Assembly (NCBI GenBank): GCA_963555815.3
Contig: CAUVWX020000002.1
Coordinates: forward strand, 480,001-544,000
Reading direction: 5' to 3'
From: a bacterium
GTDB lineage: Bacteria > UBA8248 > JACPRG01 > G963555815
Length of the DNA: 64,000 bases
Of this stretch, positions 18,508-29,260 are shown one piece after another. Under the pieces are notes generated by a model. The model searched no databases. It was not told the origin of the DNA and saw only the letters and a list, made by a program, of their open reading frames with translations. A program made the translations under genes and the position numbers. The first letter of the stretch is position 1, and every line of letters starts with the position of its first letter.

Positions 18508-20124
18508 ATGCGACAACGCGCCCTTTATTTCCTGCTCTTCGTCATCGTGCTGGTCCCCACTGCCTGCGGACAAGGGGACCAAAACGGTCTCAAGATTTTG
18601 ACCGTTGGTCTCGAGGCCAACCCCACCCATCTGGACCCCCGTTTTTCTCTAGACGTGGCTTCGGCCCGGGTGACCCAGCTCGTTTTCAACGGCCTCCTTC
18701 GAAAGGACCGCCGCTCCCAGATCGTGCCAGACCTCGCCCTCCGGTGGGAGCATCCGGAACCAACCATTTATGTCTTCCATCTCCGGCAGGATGTTCAGTT
18801 CCACAATGGGCAGCCCTTCACCTCGGCCGACGTGGCCTACACCTTCCGCTCTATCCTGGACTCGACCCTGGGCTCTCCCAAGCTGGGGAGCTACCAAGTC
18901 ATCCAGGAGATCGAGACCCCGGACCCCCAGACCGTTGTCTTTCACCTGAAGGAGCCCTTCGCCCCTTTCCTGGCCCAGATGGTGGCCCCCATTGTGCCCC
19001 ATCAGGCGGGGAAGGAAATCGCTCACTTCAGGGAACACCCCATCGGGACCGGACCCTTTCAATTTGAGGATTTTAGGTCTGACGAACGGGTCGAGCTCTC
19101 CGCCTATGCGGAATATCACGAGGGAAGGCCGAAACTGGACCGGGTGGTCTACCGAATCATCCCGGACGGGACGGTGAGGCGTCTCGAGCTTGAACGGGGC
19201 GGGCTGGACCTGGTGGTAAACGCCCTCTTGCCTGAGAGTCTGAAAAGGCTCGCGACCCGGCCCCACCTCAAAATTGAGCGCGCCCCCGGGACAAATTTCA
19301 CCTATCTTGGCTTCAACCTGCAGGACCCCATCTTGAGCCGTCCAAAAGTCCGCCTCGCCTTTGCCCACGCCATCGACCGGGCGGCCATCATCCAACACGT
19401 CCTAAAGGGACTCGCCCGGCCCGCTCGAAGCCTCCTGGCGGAGACTCACTGGGCCCATGCTGGGGACGTCGCCACATACCCCTACGACCCGGACCGGGCC
19501 CGTCAGCTCCTGGATGAGGCCGGTCTGCAGGACCCTGACGGACCGGGGCCTGAGCCCCGCTTTCGCCTGGTCTTCAAGACCTCTCAGAACGAGGTCCGCC
19601 GCCAAGTGGCCGAGGTGATTCAGGCCCAGCTCCAGCAGCTTGGGGTCGAGGTCCAGATCCGTAGCTTCGAGTGGGGGACCTTCTTCTCGGACATCCGGAG
19701 TGGAAATTTCCAGATCTTCGCCCTCACCTGGGTCGGTGTCCTGGACCCAGACATCTACCACTACATCTTCCACTCCTCGAGCGTCCCCCCTTCGGGGGCC
19801 AACCGGGGGCGTTATCTAAACCCAGAGATGGACCGCCTCTTGGAGGAGGGCCGCCGGCTCCTCGACCTTCAGGCAAGGAAAGGGATCTATGACCAGGTCC
19901 AACAGATCCTGGCCCAGGACCTTCCCTACCTGTCTCTGTGGCATTCGACCCACGTGGCCGTCATGCGAAAGGAAGTCCAAGGGTTTGAACTTTATCCCGA
20001 CGAGTCCATGCGCACCCTAAAGGATGTAGACCTCTTGCCTGGGCCCACCACTTCTTCTTCTCCCATCGACCCTTTGGCGAACCCCCTCTGCCAGGGGTGC
20101 GAGCCTCTGTCCAGGCCCTCATAA
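18508..20124 (+). CDS. ABC transporter substrate-binding lipoprotein, peptide/nickel family 5
   Basis: Signal ending VPTAC; PDLALRW, LRQDVQFHNG.PFTSADV, PIGTGPF, VRLAFAHAIDR. Confidence 0.93.
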   Translation: MRQRALYFLLFVIVLVPTACGQGDQNGLKILTVGLEANPTHLDPRFSLDVASARVTQLVFNGLLRKDRRSQIVPDLALRWEHPEPTIYVFHLRQDVQFHNGQPFTSADVAYTFRSILDSTLGSPKLGSYQVIQEIETPDPQTVVFHLKEPFAPFLAQMVAPIVPHQAGKEIAHFREHPIGTGPFQFEDFRSDERVELSAYAEYHEGRPKLDRVVYRIIPDGTVRRLELERGGLDLVVNALLPESLKRLATRPHLKIERAPGTNFTYLGFNLQDPILSRPKVRLAFAHAIDRAAIIQHVLKGLARPARSLLAETHWAHAGDVATYPYDPDRARQLLDEAGLQDPDGPGPEPRFRLVFKTSQNEVRRQVAEVIQAQLQQLGVEVQIRSFEWGTFFSDIRSGNFQIFALTWVGVLDPDIYHYIFHSSSVPPSGANRGRYLNPEMDRLLEEGRRLLDLQARKGIYDQVQQILAQDLPYLSLWHSTHVAVMRKEVQGFELYPDESMRTLKDVDLLPGPTTSSSPIDPLANPLCQGCEPLSRPS

Positions 20125-20127
20125 GAA

Positions 20128-21048
20128 ATGCGGCGCTTTCTTCTCCGCCGCCTAGGGCTTCTCGTCCTAGTCGTCCTCGGTATCGTCACCATCGTCTTTT
20201 TGATCATCCATCTCATCCCAGGGGACCCCATAGAGGTGATGCTGGGGGAGACAGCTCTCCCCGCCGACCGAGAGGCCCTTCGCCACGCCCTCGGGTTGGA
20301 TCGTCCAGTCCTTGAGCAGTACGGACGATATCTCTCTGGGCTCCTTCAAGGAGACTTGGGAAACAGCATTCACACCCGGCGCCCGGTGGCAGCCCTTCTG
20401 GCTGAGCGGATCCCCGCAACCCTGGAACTCACCTTTGCGAGCCTCCTCATCGCCCTCGTCATCGCCATCCCGGCGGGGGTCCTCGCAGCCGCCAGGGCCC
20501 GTTCCTGGTTCGACCGCAGCTCTATGCTGGGGGCCCTCCTGGGGGTTTCGATCCCCAACTTCTGGCTGGGCCCCATGCTAATTGTCCTCTTCTCTCTGCA
20601 GCTCGGCTGGCTGCCCGCCTCAGGACGGAGTGGGATCTCCCATCTCATCCTACCCGCCGTCACCCTGGGGACTGCCCTGGCCGCCATCTTGACCCGGATG
20701 ACCCGGGCGAGCCTCCTCGAGGTCCTCCCTAAGGATTTCGTGCAGACGGCGCGGGCGAAAGGGCTGAGAGAGGTCTGGGTCCTCATGCGCCACGCCCTTC
20801 GAAACGCACTCATCCCCATCATCACGCTAACGGGCCTCCAGTGCGGGGCCCTGCTCTCTGGGGCCATCATCACCGAGACCATCTTCGCCTGGCCTGGGGT
20901 CGGACGTCTCATCCTGCAGGCCATCGCCACCCGGGACTACCCCCTGGTCCAGGGGTGCGTCCTCGTCTTCGCCCTGGGCTATGTGGGAGTCAACCTGGTG
21001 GCGGACCTCCTCTATGCCTGGTCGGACCCCCGGGTCCGTTACAACTGA
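20128..21048 (+). CDS. Peptide/nickel ABC transporter permease (DppB/OppB-like)
   Basis: IPGDP, LGLDRP, PATLEL, SIPNFW, TARAKGL, ETIFAWPGVG. Confidence 0.95.
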   Translation: MRRFLLRRLGLLVLVVLGIVTIVFLIIHLIPGDPIEVMLGETALPADREALRHALGLDRPVLEQYGRYLSGLLQGDLGNSIHTRRPVAALLAERIPATLELTFASLLIALVIAIPAGVLAAARARSWFDRSSMLGALLGVSIPNFWLGPMLIVLFSLQLGWLPASGRSGISHLILPAVTLGTALAAILTRMTRASLLEVLPKDFVQTARAKGLREVWVLMRHALRNALIPIITLTGLQCGALLSGAIITETIFAWPGVGRLILQAIATRDYPLVQGCVLVFALGYVGVNLVADLLYAWSDPRVRYN

Positions 21049-21051
21049 GCG

Positions 21052-21861
21052 ATGCAACGACCCACTATTCTTGCTGGCCTCATCATCGTAGTCGCCCTCG
21101 TTCTGGCGGCGGCCCTGGCCCCGGCACTCGCCCCCCAGCACCCTTTTCAGCAGGACCTGCCAGGAGGCCTCGGCCGACCCGGATTGACCCATTTGCTCGG
21201 GCAGGACCACCTCGGCCGAGACATCCTGAGCCGGCTCATCCACGGAAGCCGTATCTCCCTCATGATCGGCCTCATCACGGTGGGAGTGTCGAGCATCGTG
21301 GGTATCTTCTTGGGGGCCTTGGCGGGGTACTTCGGAGGGTGGACGGACGAGGTCATCATGCGTTTGACAGACATCTTGCTGGCCTTTCCCGGGCTCCTTC
21401 TGGCGATCGCCCTCATGGCGGTGAGAGGTCCTGGAATTCTCAACGTCATTATCGCCTTAAGCGTCCTGGGGTGGGTGGGGTATGCGAGACTCGTCCGGGG
21501 ACAGATCCTGGCCCTAAAGCAGGCGGAGTTTGTCACGGCGGCCCGGGCCCTCGGGGCCCCCTCCCGGCGCATCATCAGCCGCCACCTTCTGCCGAATATC
21601 CTCTCACCACTTCTTGTGGAGGCCACCTTCGGAATGGCCGCGGCCATCCTGGCGGAGGCGGGCCTGAGCTTCCTCGGCCTGGGCACCCAGCCCCCAAACC
21701 CAAGCTGGGGGACCATGTTGAACGAGGGGCGCCGCTTTCTCCTCGAGGCCCCCCACCTCAGCCTCTTCCCCGGCCTCGCCATCATGGCCGTGGTCCTGGC
21801 CTTCAACTTCCTGGGAGACGGACTGAGGGACGCCCTTGACCCGACTCTGCGATCCCGCTAG
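21052..21861 (+). CDS. Peptide/nickel ABC transporter permease (DppC/OppC-like)
   Basis: HLLGQDHLGRDILSR, ARLVRG, AARALGA, EAGLSFLGLG, FNFLGDGLRDALDP. Confidence 0.95.
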   Translation: MQRPTILAGLIIVVALVLAAALAPALAPQHPFQQDLPGGLGRPGLTHLLGQDHLGRDILSRLIHGSRISLMIGLITVGVSSIVGIFLGALAGYFGGWTDEVIMRLTDILLAFPGLLLAIALMAVRGPGILNVIIALSVLGWVGYARLVRGQILALKQAEFVTAARALGAPSRRIISRHLLPNILSPLLVEATFGMAAAILAEAGLSFLGLGTQPPNPSWGTMLNEGRRFLLEAPHLSLFPGLAIMAVVLAFNFLGDGLRDALDPTLRSR

Positions 21862-21936
21862 GGAAAACCGGCCGCTGTCTTTGGCAGAAGCTCTACGGGG
21901 AGTGAAAAAAGGCGCTCGAGGGCGGCGTTCAGGCTC

Positions 21937-22305
21937 TCAGCTGCTCGAGCCGTCCGGGGGATGGAGGGTGATCCGGTGCTCTGGGTCGAAGAAATTGAAG
22001 TTAACGCTGTGACAAACCCGGCACTCTCGGGCCTCGCGAAACTCTCGGACCTCGTACTGGGGGGCTACCTCTGCGACGTGACGATCGGCTATAAAATCCC
22101 GATGGACATGGCAGGACTGGCAATAGTTGTTGATGATCCGGTTATTTTGCGTGGGGGGAAACTTTCCCTTCAGGGCCGCCTTGAGGGGATCGCGAGTACA
22201 AGCGGCCAAAGACAAAAATAGGACACAAAGACCGAGAAAGAAAATCCCCCCGCCGCTTGAATGTCTTTTTCCTCTTTTCGCCGGAAGGTTTTGGGCCATG
22301 GGCAC
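21937..22305 (-). CDS. Small dihaem c-type cytochrome lipoprotein
   Basis: Lipobox LAAC; two haem-binding motifs CQSCH and CRVCH. Confidence 0.75.
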   Translation of the reverse strand: MPMAQNLPAKRGKRHSSGGGIFFLGLCVLFLSLAACTRDPLKAALKGKFPPTQNNRIINNYCQSCHVHRDFIADRHVAEVAPQYEVREFREARECRVCHSVNFNFFDPEHRITLHPPDGSSS

Positions 22306-22308
22306 CCC

Positions 22309-23751
22309 TCAGCGGGATGGAGGTTCCCCGGCGGACGCCGCCGCGGAGTCCTTCAGTGAGGAAAGGTCCTCCTGCGGGGGCACAGGCACCGGATAGTCCC
22401 CGGTGAAGCAGGCAGCACAGAAATGGCCCTCGGGCTTCGTGAGGCCGGGCCCATCCACGGCCTCCAGCATCCCTTTCAGGCTGAGATAGGCCAGGCTATC
22501 GGCTTCGAGGAACTTTTCGATCTCCGCGACCGAGTGGTTGGAGGCGATGAGTTCTTCCCGCCGCGGTGTGTCTATTCCGTAGAAACAGGGGCCGGTGATG
22601 GGGGGGGAGCTGATGCGCATATGGACCTCTGTTGCACCAGCCTGACGGATCATGTGGACGATCTTTCTGGACGTTGTGGCCCGGACGATGGAATCATCCA
22701 CCACCACGACCCGCCGGCCCTCCAGGGACGCCCGCACGGCGTTCAGCTTTATCTTGACGCCGAAATGGCGGATGGCCTGCTCGGGCTCAATGAAGGTGCG
22801 ACCCACATAGTGGTTTCGGATGAGGCCCATCTCAAAGGGAAGACCTACCCCGTGGGCGTAGCCCATGGCGGCCGGGACCCCGGAGTCCGGGATTGGGATG
22901 ACGATGTCGGCCTCAGCAGGGCTCTCGGCGGCCAGGCGCTCGCCCAGACGCCTTCGGACCTGATAGACATTTCGGCCGAAGACAGTGCTGTCGGGCCGGG
23001 CGAAGTAGACGAACTCGAAGATGCAGGGGGCGGGGGAGCTCGATTCAAAGGGTCTAAAAGTTCGGATGCCGGCCCTATCGATGACGACCATCTCACCGGG
23101 CTCAATCTCCCGGACAAGCTCTCCGTCGATGAGGTCGAGGGCGCAGCTCTCCGACGCCAGGACGTAGGCCCCCTGTCGGCGGCCGAGGACAAGGGGACGA
23201 AAGCCGTGGGGATCGCGGACGCCGATGAGGGCACCTTCGGTCATGAGGAGGAGGGAGTAGGCCCCCTCCACCATCCCGAGGGCCTCCACCACCCGGTCCT
23301 CAAAAGCCTCTTGGCGCGAGCGGGCGATGAGATGGACAACAATCTCCGTGTCCATCATGGACCGGAAAATGGCCCCCTCGGACTCAAGCCAGTTTCTGAT
23401 CTCTTTCGCATTGACCAGGGTGCCGTTGTGGGCCAGGGCAAAGGTGCCCCGAGAGGTCCTCGCAAGGAGGGGCTGGGCATTGGCCAGGTCGCTTGAGCCC
23501 GAAGTGGAGTATCGGTTGTGGCCAATGGCGAGAGAACCGGAAAGGTGCTTAAGGCGCTCCTCGGTAAACACCTCGGCCACAAGCCCCATGCCCACTTCAG
23601 CCCGAAGGGTCTGGCCATCCGAAGAGACGATGCCCGCACTCTCCTGGCCCCGGTGTTGCAAGGCGTAAAGTCCAAGGTAGGTCAGATTGGCGGCTTCGGA
23701 ATCCCCGGAGATCCCGAAGACCCCGCAGGCCTCACGCAAACCTTCTGCCAC
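22309..23751 (-). CDS. purF: Amidophosphoribosyltransferase
   Basis: EACGVFG (propeptide then Cys), [53 protein letters not shown]. Confidence 0.98.
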   Translation of the reverse strand: MAEGLREACGVFGISGDSEAANLTYLGLYALQHRGQESAGIVSSDGQTLRAEVGMGLVAEVFTEERLKHLSGSLAIGHNRYSTSGSSDLANAQPLLARTSRGTFALAHNGTLVNAKEIRNWLESEGAIFRSMMDTEIVVHLIARSRQEAFEDRVVEALGMVEGAYSLLLMTEGALIGVRDPHGFRPLVLGRRQGAYVLASESCALDLIDGELVREIEPGEMVVIDRAGIRTFRPFESSSPAPCIFEFVYFARPDSTVFGRNVYQVRRRLGERLAAESPAEADIVIPIPDSGVPAAMGYAHGVGLPFEMGLIRNHYVGRTFIEPEQAIRHFGVKIKLNAVRASLEGRRVVVVDDSIVRATTSRKIVHMIRQAGATEVHMRISSPPITGPCFYGIDTPRREELIASNHSVAEIEKFLEADSLAYLSLKGMLEAVDGPGLTKPEGHFCAACFTGDYPVPVPPQEDLSSLKDSAAASAGEPPSR

Positions 23752-23923
23752 GAGACCTCCATCCCTGCAAGCATCGCCCCCCGTGACGGCCGGGGCGCTT
23801 TCGGCAATTCCTCAAATGGCCAACCCTTAAGGCCGGTCAGAATCCTGGGGCGCGTCGTCGACGGCCGCGACAGAAATGAGACTCCCTCTCATGAGTCTGA
23901 AGGAAGGCAGCCTCACACTTTTC

Positions 23924-23951
23924 AGTATATGAAGCCCCTCTCCCAAGTCAA
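23924..23951 (-). promoter_or_regulatory. Putative internal promoter for purF
   Basis: TTGACT, 16 nt, TATACT in the 241-bp purL-purF gap. Confidence 0.55.
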
Positions 23952-23992
23952 GGACACAGAGGGAGAAACCGCGGCGAGAAGTCGCCATCTGA

Positions 23993-26230
23993 CTAGCCCT
24001 CCTTGAGGGCCATCTGAAGTCCATCCCACCACCGGGCCATGAGATCTGTCATCTGGATATCAACGGTGTGGCGGCTCCCCAACTCTCCCTGGAGCTCGAT
24101 CAGTAGACGTTCTCCCCCCACCCTCCCGATAGGGAGGACAGGAACCGCCGCCTCTTTGCTGAGGGCAAGGAGGCGGGGAAGCTGGTCCTCTGGGAGGGAG
24201 AGAAGGGCTCGTCCCTGGTCCTCCCCGAAGAGGACAACGTCGGCCCGCCCCCGGATGGATAGAGAGATCGAGGCCCCAAGGTGAGGATCCGTCAGCAGGC
24301 CCGCCTCGGCAAGGGCCACGGCGAGACCCCCGTCCGAGACATCGTGGCAGGATGAAAGGAGTCCTTCGCGGATGGCGGTGCGAATGAGGCCGTGGAGGGC
24401 CACCTCCGCCTCGAGGTCCATCTTGGGGCAGGGGCCGAGCCTGCTTCCCAGGACGCCCCATAAATAGAGGCTTCCCCCGAGCCCTTCGCCAAGACCTCCC
24501 AGGAGGACGACGAGGTCTCCCTCCCGCTGAAAAGCCGTCGGACAGAGCCGGCCCACGTCTTCGAGCACTCCCACCATGCCGATGACGGGGGTTGGGGGGA
24601 TACTTTTGCCCAGGGTTTCATTGTAGAAACTCACGTTTCCGCTCACGACCGGAACCTCCAGGCGCTGGCACGCGGCGGTCACCCCGTCGATGGCCCTCGA
24701 GAACTGCCACATCACATGGGGGTCCTCTGGATTTCCAAAATTCAAACAGTCGGTGAGCCCAAGTGGCGTTGCCCCGGTTGAGGAGAGGTTTCGCGCAGCC
24801 TCGACGACCGCGATGGCCCCTCCCTGGAATGGGTCCAGGGAGCAGTAGCGCGAGTTCCCGTCCACGGTGAGGGCAATCGCCTTCCGGCTTCCCTTGAGGC
24901 GGAGCACGGCCGCGTCGCCCCCTGGGCGGAGGATGGTGTTGGTGCGGACCATGTGGTCGTACTGCTCATAGACAATGTGCTTTGATCCAATCTCCGGGAG
25001 ACTCAAGAGGGCCAGAAAACATTCCTGGAGGTTTTCTGGTTCCGGTATCTCTTGGAGATCCACGGCGGGTTGGGCTTTCGGAGACGGCGCCTCCGGCCTT
25101 TTTAAGAGAGGGGGCCCGTCGGCCAAGAGCGCGGCGGGGACTCTCGCCACCTCTTTCTTCCCGTCCAGGACGGTCAGGTGGCCATCCCCCGTCACCTCTC
25201 CGACGATTGAGAACTCGAGGTCCCATTTGGCGAAAACCTTCTCCGCCGCCTGGACCCCCTCCGGGCGCAGGATGATGAGCATCCGTTCCTGGGACTCGGA
25301 GAGCATCACCTCATAGGGGCTCATTCCGGGCTCCCGCCGAGGAACGCGGGAGACATCGATCCGAATACCGGTCCCCCCGCGCGCGGCCATCTCAGCGCTG
25401 GAGCTCGTGAGGCCACCCCCGCCCATATCCTGAAGGGCGACCACCTCTTCCGTGTCATGGATCTCAAGACACGCCTCAAGGAGAAGCTTTTCCAGGAAGG
25501 GGTCGCCCACCTGAACGGCGGGCCGCTTTTTCTCGGCCCCTTCGCCAAAGGCGAGAGAGGCCATGGCCGCCCCGTGAATGCCATCGCGGCCCGTCCTGGC
25601 CCCCACATAGGCAACGGGGTTTCCCACTCCCCCCGCCCTCGCCCGGAGGATCCGATCCTTTGGAACAAGGCCGAGGGCAAAAACATTCACCAGGGGATTT
25701 CCGGCGTAGTCGGGGTCAAAGGCGATCTCCCCCCCCACCGTCGGGATCCCAATGCAATTTCCATAGCCTGCGATCCCGGCCACTACCTGGGTCAGCAGGT
25801 AGCGGATCCTTGGCTCACTGAGGTCTCCAAAGCGGAGGGAATTCAAGAGGGCGATGGGTCTTGCCCCCATGGTGAAAATGTCCCGCAGGATCCCGCCGAC
25901 CCCCGTCGCCGCCCCCTGGTAGGGCTCGATGAAGGACGGGTGGTTGTGGCTTTCCATCTTCAGGACGACGGCGAGCCCATCCCCAAGATCCACGGCCCCC
26001 GCATTCTCGCCCGGCCCCTGCAGCACGGACGGCCCCTCGGTGGGAAGGCGTCGAAGATAGGCCTTTGAGGTCTTGTAGCTGCAGTGCTCATTCCACAGGG
26101 CCGAGAAGAGGCCAAGCTCGGTGAAGGTGGGGGTCCGGCCAAGGGTTTTTAGGATGTGGCGGTACTCTTCAGGGGACAGGCCGTGCTCGAGGGCCAGGGT
26201 CTCGGTGACAGGGGGTTCAGGGGAGGTCAC
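23993..26230 (-). CDS. purL: FGAM synthase subunit PurL
   Basis: [70 protein letters not shown]. Confidence 0.98.
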   Translation of the reverse strand: MTSPEPPVTETLALEHGLSPEEYRHILKTLGRTPTFTELGLFSALWNEHCSYKTSKAYLRRLPTEGPSVLQGPGENAGAVDLGDGLAVVLKMESHNHPSFIEPYQGAATGVGGILRDIFTMGARPIALLNSLRFGDLSEPRIRYLLTQVVAGIAGYGNCIGIPTVGGEIAFDPDYAGNPLVNVFALGLVPKDRILRARAGGVGNPVAYVGARTGRDGIHGAAMASLAFGEGAEKKRPAVQVGDPFLEKLLLEACLEIHDTEEVVALQDMGGGGLTSSSAEMAARGGTGIRIDVSRVPRREPGMSPYEVMLSESQERMLIILRPEGVQAAEKVFAKWDLEFSIVGEVTGDGHLTVLDGKKEVARVPAALLADGPPLLKRPEAPSPKAQPAVDLQEIPEPENLQECFLALLSLPEIGSKHIVYEQYDHMVRTNTILRPGGDAAVLRLKGSRKAIALTVDGNSRYCSLDPFQGGAIAVVEAARNLSSTGATPLGLTDCLNFGNPEDPHVMWQFSRAIDGVTAACQRLEVPVVSGNVSFYNETLGKSIPPTPVIGMVGVLEDVGRLCPTAFQREGDLVVLLGGLGEGLGGSLYLWGVLGSRLGPCPKMDLEAEVALHGLIRTAIREGLLSSCHDVSDGGLAVALAEAGLLTDPHLGASISLSIRGRADVVLFGEDQGRALLSLPEDQLPRLLALSKEAAVPVLPIGRVGGERLLIELQGELGSRHTVDIQMTDLMARWWDGLQMALKEG

Positions 26231-26925
26231 GAGAGGCCGTTTTTACCCGCCAGGAGGGATTCGAAGATGAGCCTGCCGTCCTCTCCGCCAAGGCAAGCCT
26301 CTGAGGCCCGTTCCGGATGAGGCATCAGGCCAAGGACGTTTCTCTTAGAATTACAGATCCCGGCGATGTGGGAAAGGGACCCGTTGGGATTGGCCTCCTC
26401 CGAGAGATCTCCCCGGGCGGTGCAATATCGAAAGACGACCTGCCCCTCCCCTTCCAGCCGCCTCAAGATTTCGGGGTCGGCGAAGTAATGCCCGTCCATA
26501 TGGGCGATGGGGAGTTTGAGGACTTGTTGCGGTTCGCACCTTCGGGTGAACGGTGTCTCCTTCGTCTCCACCCGGACGAAGACATCCCGGCAAATAAAGG
26601 AAAGGAAGCTGTTTCGGAGCATCGCCCCAGGCAGGAGCCCAGCCTCCAGAAGGATCTGGAAGCCATTACAGATCCCCAGGACCAGCCCCCCCCTTTGGGC
26701 ATACTCGATGATGACCTCCATAATGGGCGAAAATCTCGCGACGGCCCCGGTTCGAAGATAGTCGCCGTAGGAAAACCCCCCGGGCAGGATGACGCAGTCT
26801 ATCCCCTTCAGGTCCCGGTCCTTATGCCAAAGGAAGCGAATCTCCTGCCCCAGGACCTCCTTCACCACCTCGTAGCAGTCGTCGTCGCAGTTGGACCCGG
26901 GAAAGGTGACGACGGCAAACTTCAT
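26227..26925 (-). CDS. purQ: FGAM synthase glutaminase subunit PurQ
   Basis: [38 protein letters not shown]. Confidence 0.98.
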   Translation of the reverse strand: MKFAVVTFPGSNCDDDCYEVVKEVLGQEIRFLWHKDRDLKGIDCVILPGGFSYGDYLRTGAVARFSPIMEVIIEYAQRGGLVLGICNGFQILLEAGLLPGAMLRNSFLSFICRDVFVRVETKETPFTRRCEPQQVLKLPIAHMDGHYFADPEILRRLEGEGQVVFRYCTARGDLSEEANPNGSLSHIAGICNSKRNVLGLMPHPERASEACLGGEDGRLIFESLLAGKNGLS

Positions 26926-27197
26926 TCTTTCACCCCTGGCGCCCCGGCTGCCTCCCCGTCCAGCTCAAAGCGGAAGTCCTCGATAATGGGGTTCGCCAGG
27001 AGCCGCTCGCACATGGATTGAAGGCGCGAGCGGAGCTGGTCAGAAGAGGAGCCTTCGAGTTCTAGCTCGATGAACTTCCCCATCCTGACCTCTTGAACCT
27101 CCTGGAAGCCCAGACTGACTAAAGCCCCTCGGATGGTTACACCCTGTGGGTCGACAACCCCCGCTTTATAGGTGATGTAGACCTTGGCTCGCGTCAT
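26922..27197 (-). CDS. purS: FGAM synthase subunit PurS
   Basis: [21 protein letters not shown]. Confidence 0.97.
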   Translation of the reverse strand: MTRAKVYITYKAGVVDPQGVTIRGALVSLGFQEVQEVRMGKFIELELEGSSSDQLRSRLQSMCERLLANPIIEDFRFELDGEAAGAPGVKE

Positions 27198-27206
27198 AAC
27201 ACGAAA

Positions 27207-27920
27207 TCAGCCCTCAAGACGACGCAGGACCTCCCGATAGGCCTCTCCCACCCCTCCGAGGTCCCTTCGGAATCGATCCTTGTCTAATTTCTCACCGGTC
27301 TGCAGATCCCACAGACGACAAGTGTCCGGGGTGACTTCGTCTGCCAGCAAGAGGTCGCCGGCGTCACCCCGCATCACACGGCCAAACTCAAATTTCAGAT
27401 CCACCAGGATGAGACCTTTTGTCTCAAAGAATTTCCGAAGAATCTCGTTGGCACGGCCCGCAACCTCCCTGACCTCTTTCAAGGTGGCCTCATCAGAGAA
27501 GCCAAAGACAAGGATGTGATCCTCATTGAGGATGGGGTCTCCGAGGTCGTCGCGCTTATAGTACCATTCCGTGATGGCACGAGGGAGTCTCGCCCCTTCT
27601 TCCAAGCCCACGCGTTTTGCCAAACTCCCGGCGACCAGGTTTCGCACCACCACCTCGATGGGGATCATCTCCAGACGTTTGACCAGCATCTCCCGGTCAC
27701 TGAGCTTTTTAATGAAGTGGGTGCGGACCCCTTCAGATTCCAGGTGCTCGAAGAGAAGGCAGGAGATGGCATTATTGGTAGCGCCCTTGGACTCGACGAC
27801 CCCCCGCTTCTTCGCATCAAAGGCCGTCATCTCGTCCTTAAAGTACTGGACGATCTGGTCCCCGCTGTCGGTCGTGAAGAGGATCTTGGCCTTTCCTTCG
27901 GAGATTTTTTGTCGTTCCAT
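27207..27920 (-). CDS. purC: SAICAR synthase
   Basis: EGKAK, FKD, IPIEVVVRN, LVDLKFEFG, ADEVTPDTCRLWD, LDKDRFR; start at MERQK (27920). Confidence 0.97.
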   Translation of the reverse strand: MERQKISEGKAKILFTTDSGDQIVQYFKDEMTAFDAKKRGVVESKGATNNAISCLLFEHLESEGVRTHFIKKLSDREMLVKRLEMIPIEVVVRNLVAGSLAKRVGLEEGARLPRAITEWYYKRDDLGDPILNEDHILVFGFSDEATLKEVREVAGRANEILRKFFETKGLILVDLKFEFGRVMRGDAGDLLLADEVTPDTCRLWDLQTGEKLDKDRFRRDLGGVGEAYREVLRRLEG

Positions 27921-27927
27921 TTCGTCC

Positions 27928-29241
27928 CTAGAACCTCTGTTCGTCGGGAGGGCCAAAGACCCGCCCGAAGAGGGTTCCCACATGGGCCACATGGGGCGAG
28001 AGGTCAAAACAGGCCGCCAGCGCCTCGGGGGACAAGCGAGCTTTTACTTCCGAATCCTCTTGAACTACCGCCCTAAAGTATTTGTTTTCGTTTACTGTCT
28101 TAAATGAAAGACGTTGAACGGTCTCGTAGGCCGCCTTTCGTGATAGGCCCGCCTGAAGGAGGGCCAGCAGGACCTGCTCGGAGTGGATGAGTCCGCGGCT
28201 CAGGTCGAGGTTTCGCCGGATTGCCTCTTTGTTCACCACAAGGCCATCCATCAGCTCTGAAAAGCGCGTCACCATATAGTCGACCAAGATGGTGCTGTCG
28301 GGCAGGATGACGCGTTCCACCGATGAGTGGCTGATGTCCCGCTCGTGCCACAGCCCCACATTCTGAAGGGCCGTCGCCGCATTGGCCCCGACGACCCTGG
28401 CGAGCCCCGTCAGTTGCTCCGACACGATGGGGTTTCGCTTGTGGGGCATGGCGGAGGAACCCTTTTGCCCCTTCCCGAAGGCCTCGGCCACCTCCCCCAC
28501 CTCGGTGCGGGAGAGGTGACGAATCTCCGTTGCCATCTTGGCCACGCTGGCAGCGATGAGGGCGAGAGCGCTCATATACTCGGCGTGGCGGTCCCGCTGG
28601 ATGACCTGGGACGCTATCGGGGCGGGACGAAGGTTGAGGCGCTCGCAGACATATTCCTCAACTCGGGGGGAGATGTGGGCGTAAGTCCCGACGGCCCCCG
28701 CGATCTTCCCCACCCGGACAGCCTCCTTCGCCCGAGTCATCCGACCCGCCCCCCGGCCCACCTCCTCAAACCACAGCGCCAGCTTGAGGCCAAGCGTGAT
28801 GGGCTCGGCATGAACACCGTGAGTCCGGCCCACCATGACGAGGTCTTTGAACTCCATGGCCCGTCGGGCGAGCACCTGTCGAAGTGAGGCGAGGTCTTGC
28901 AGGATGAGGTCCGCCGCCGCCGACATCTGAAGGGCAAGGGCGGTGTCGAGGAGGTCCGAAGAGGTGAGTCCCCAGTGGATATAGCGGGCGTGGTCCCCGA
29001 GCGTTTCTTCCAAGTGGGTGAGGAAGGCGATCACATCGTGACGCGTCTCCTTCTCGATCTCAGCCACCCGGGCCGGGTCTGCTTTGGCCTTCTTTCGGAC
29101 TTCCCCCGGGACCTCTTTCGGTATTCGTCCTTCTGCCGCCAGGACCTCCAGGACGAGACACTCGATCTCCACCCAGTGGGCGAGTTTGGTCTCCTCGGTC
29201 CAGATCTTCCCCATCTCGGGACGGGTGTAGCGACTAATCAC
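27928..29241 (-). CDS. purB: Adenylosuccinate lyase
   Basis: ISRYTRPEM, HDVIAF, GLTSSD, GRTHGVHAEP, GSSAMPHKRNP, WHERDISHSSVER; GTG start 29241. Confidence 0.98.
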   Translation of the reverse strand: MISRYTRPEMGKIWTEETKLAHWVEIECLVLEVLAAEGRIPKEVPGEVRKKAKADPARVAEIEKETRHDVIAFLTHLEETLGDHARYIHWGLTSSDLLDTALALQMSAAADLILQDLASLRQVLARRAMEFKDLVMVGRTHGVHAEPITLGLKLALWFEEVGRGAGRMTRAKEAVRVGKIAGAVGTYAHISPRVEEYVCERLNLRPAPIASQVIQRDRHAEYMSALALIAASVAKMATEIRHLSRTEVGEVAEAFGKGQKGSSAMPHKRNPIVSEQLTGLARVVGANAATALQNVGLWHERDISHSSVERVILPDSTILVDYMVTRFSELMDGLVVNKEAIRRNLDLSRGLIHSEQVLLALLQAGLSRKAAYETVQRLSFKTVNENKYFRAVVQEDSEVKARLSPEALAACFDLSPHVAHVGTLFGRVFGPPDEQRF

Positions 29242-29260
29242 CCCAAGTCCTCCCCGGTTC

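Noticed and set aside
18322..18630. N-terminal 103 codons of the 167-aa ORF
   Set aside because: Overlaps the divergent promoters and the ABC gene; the real start is ATG 18321, with an RBS and signal peptide
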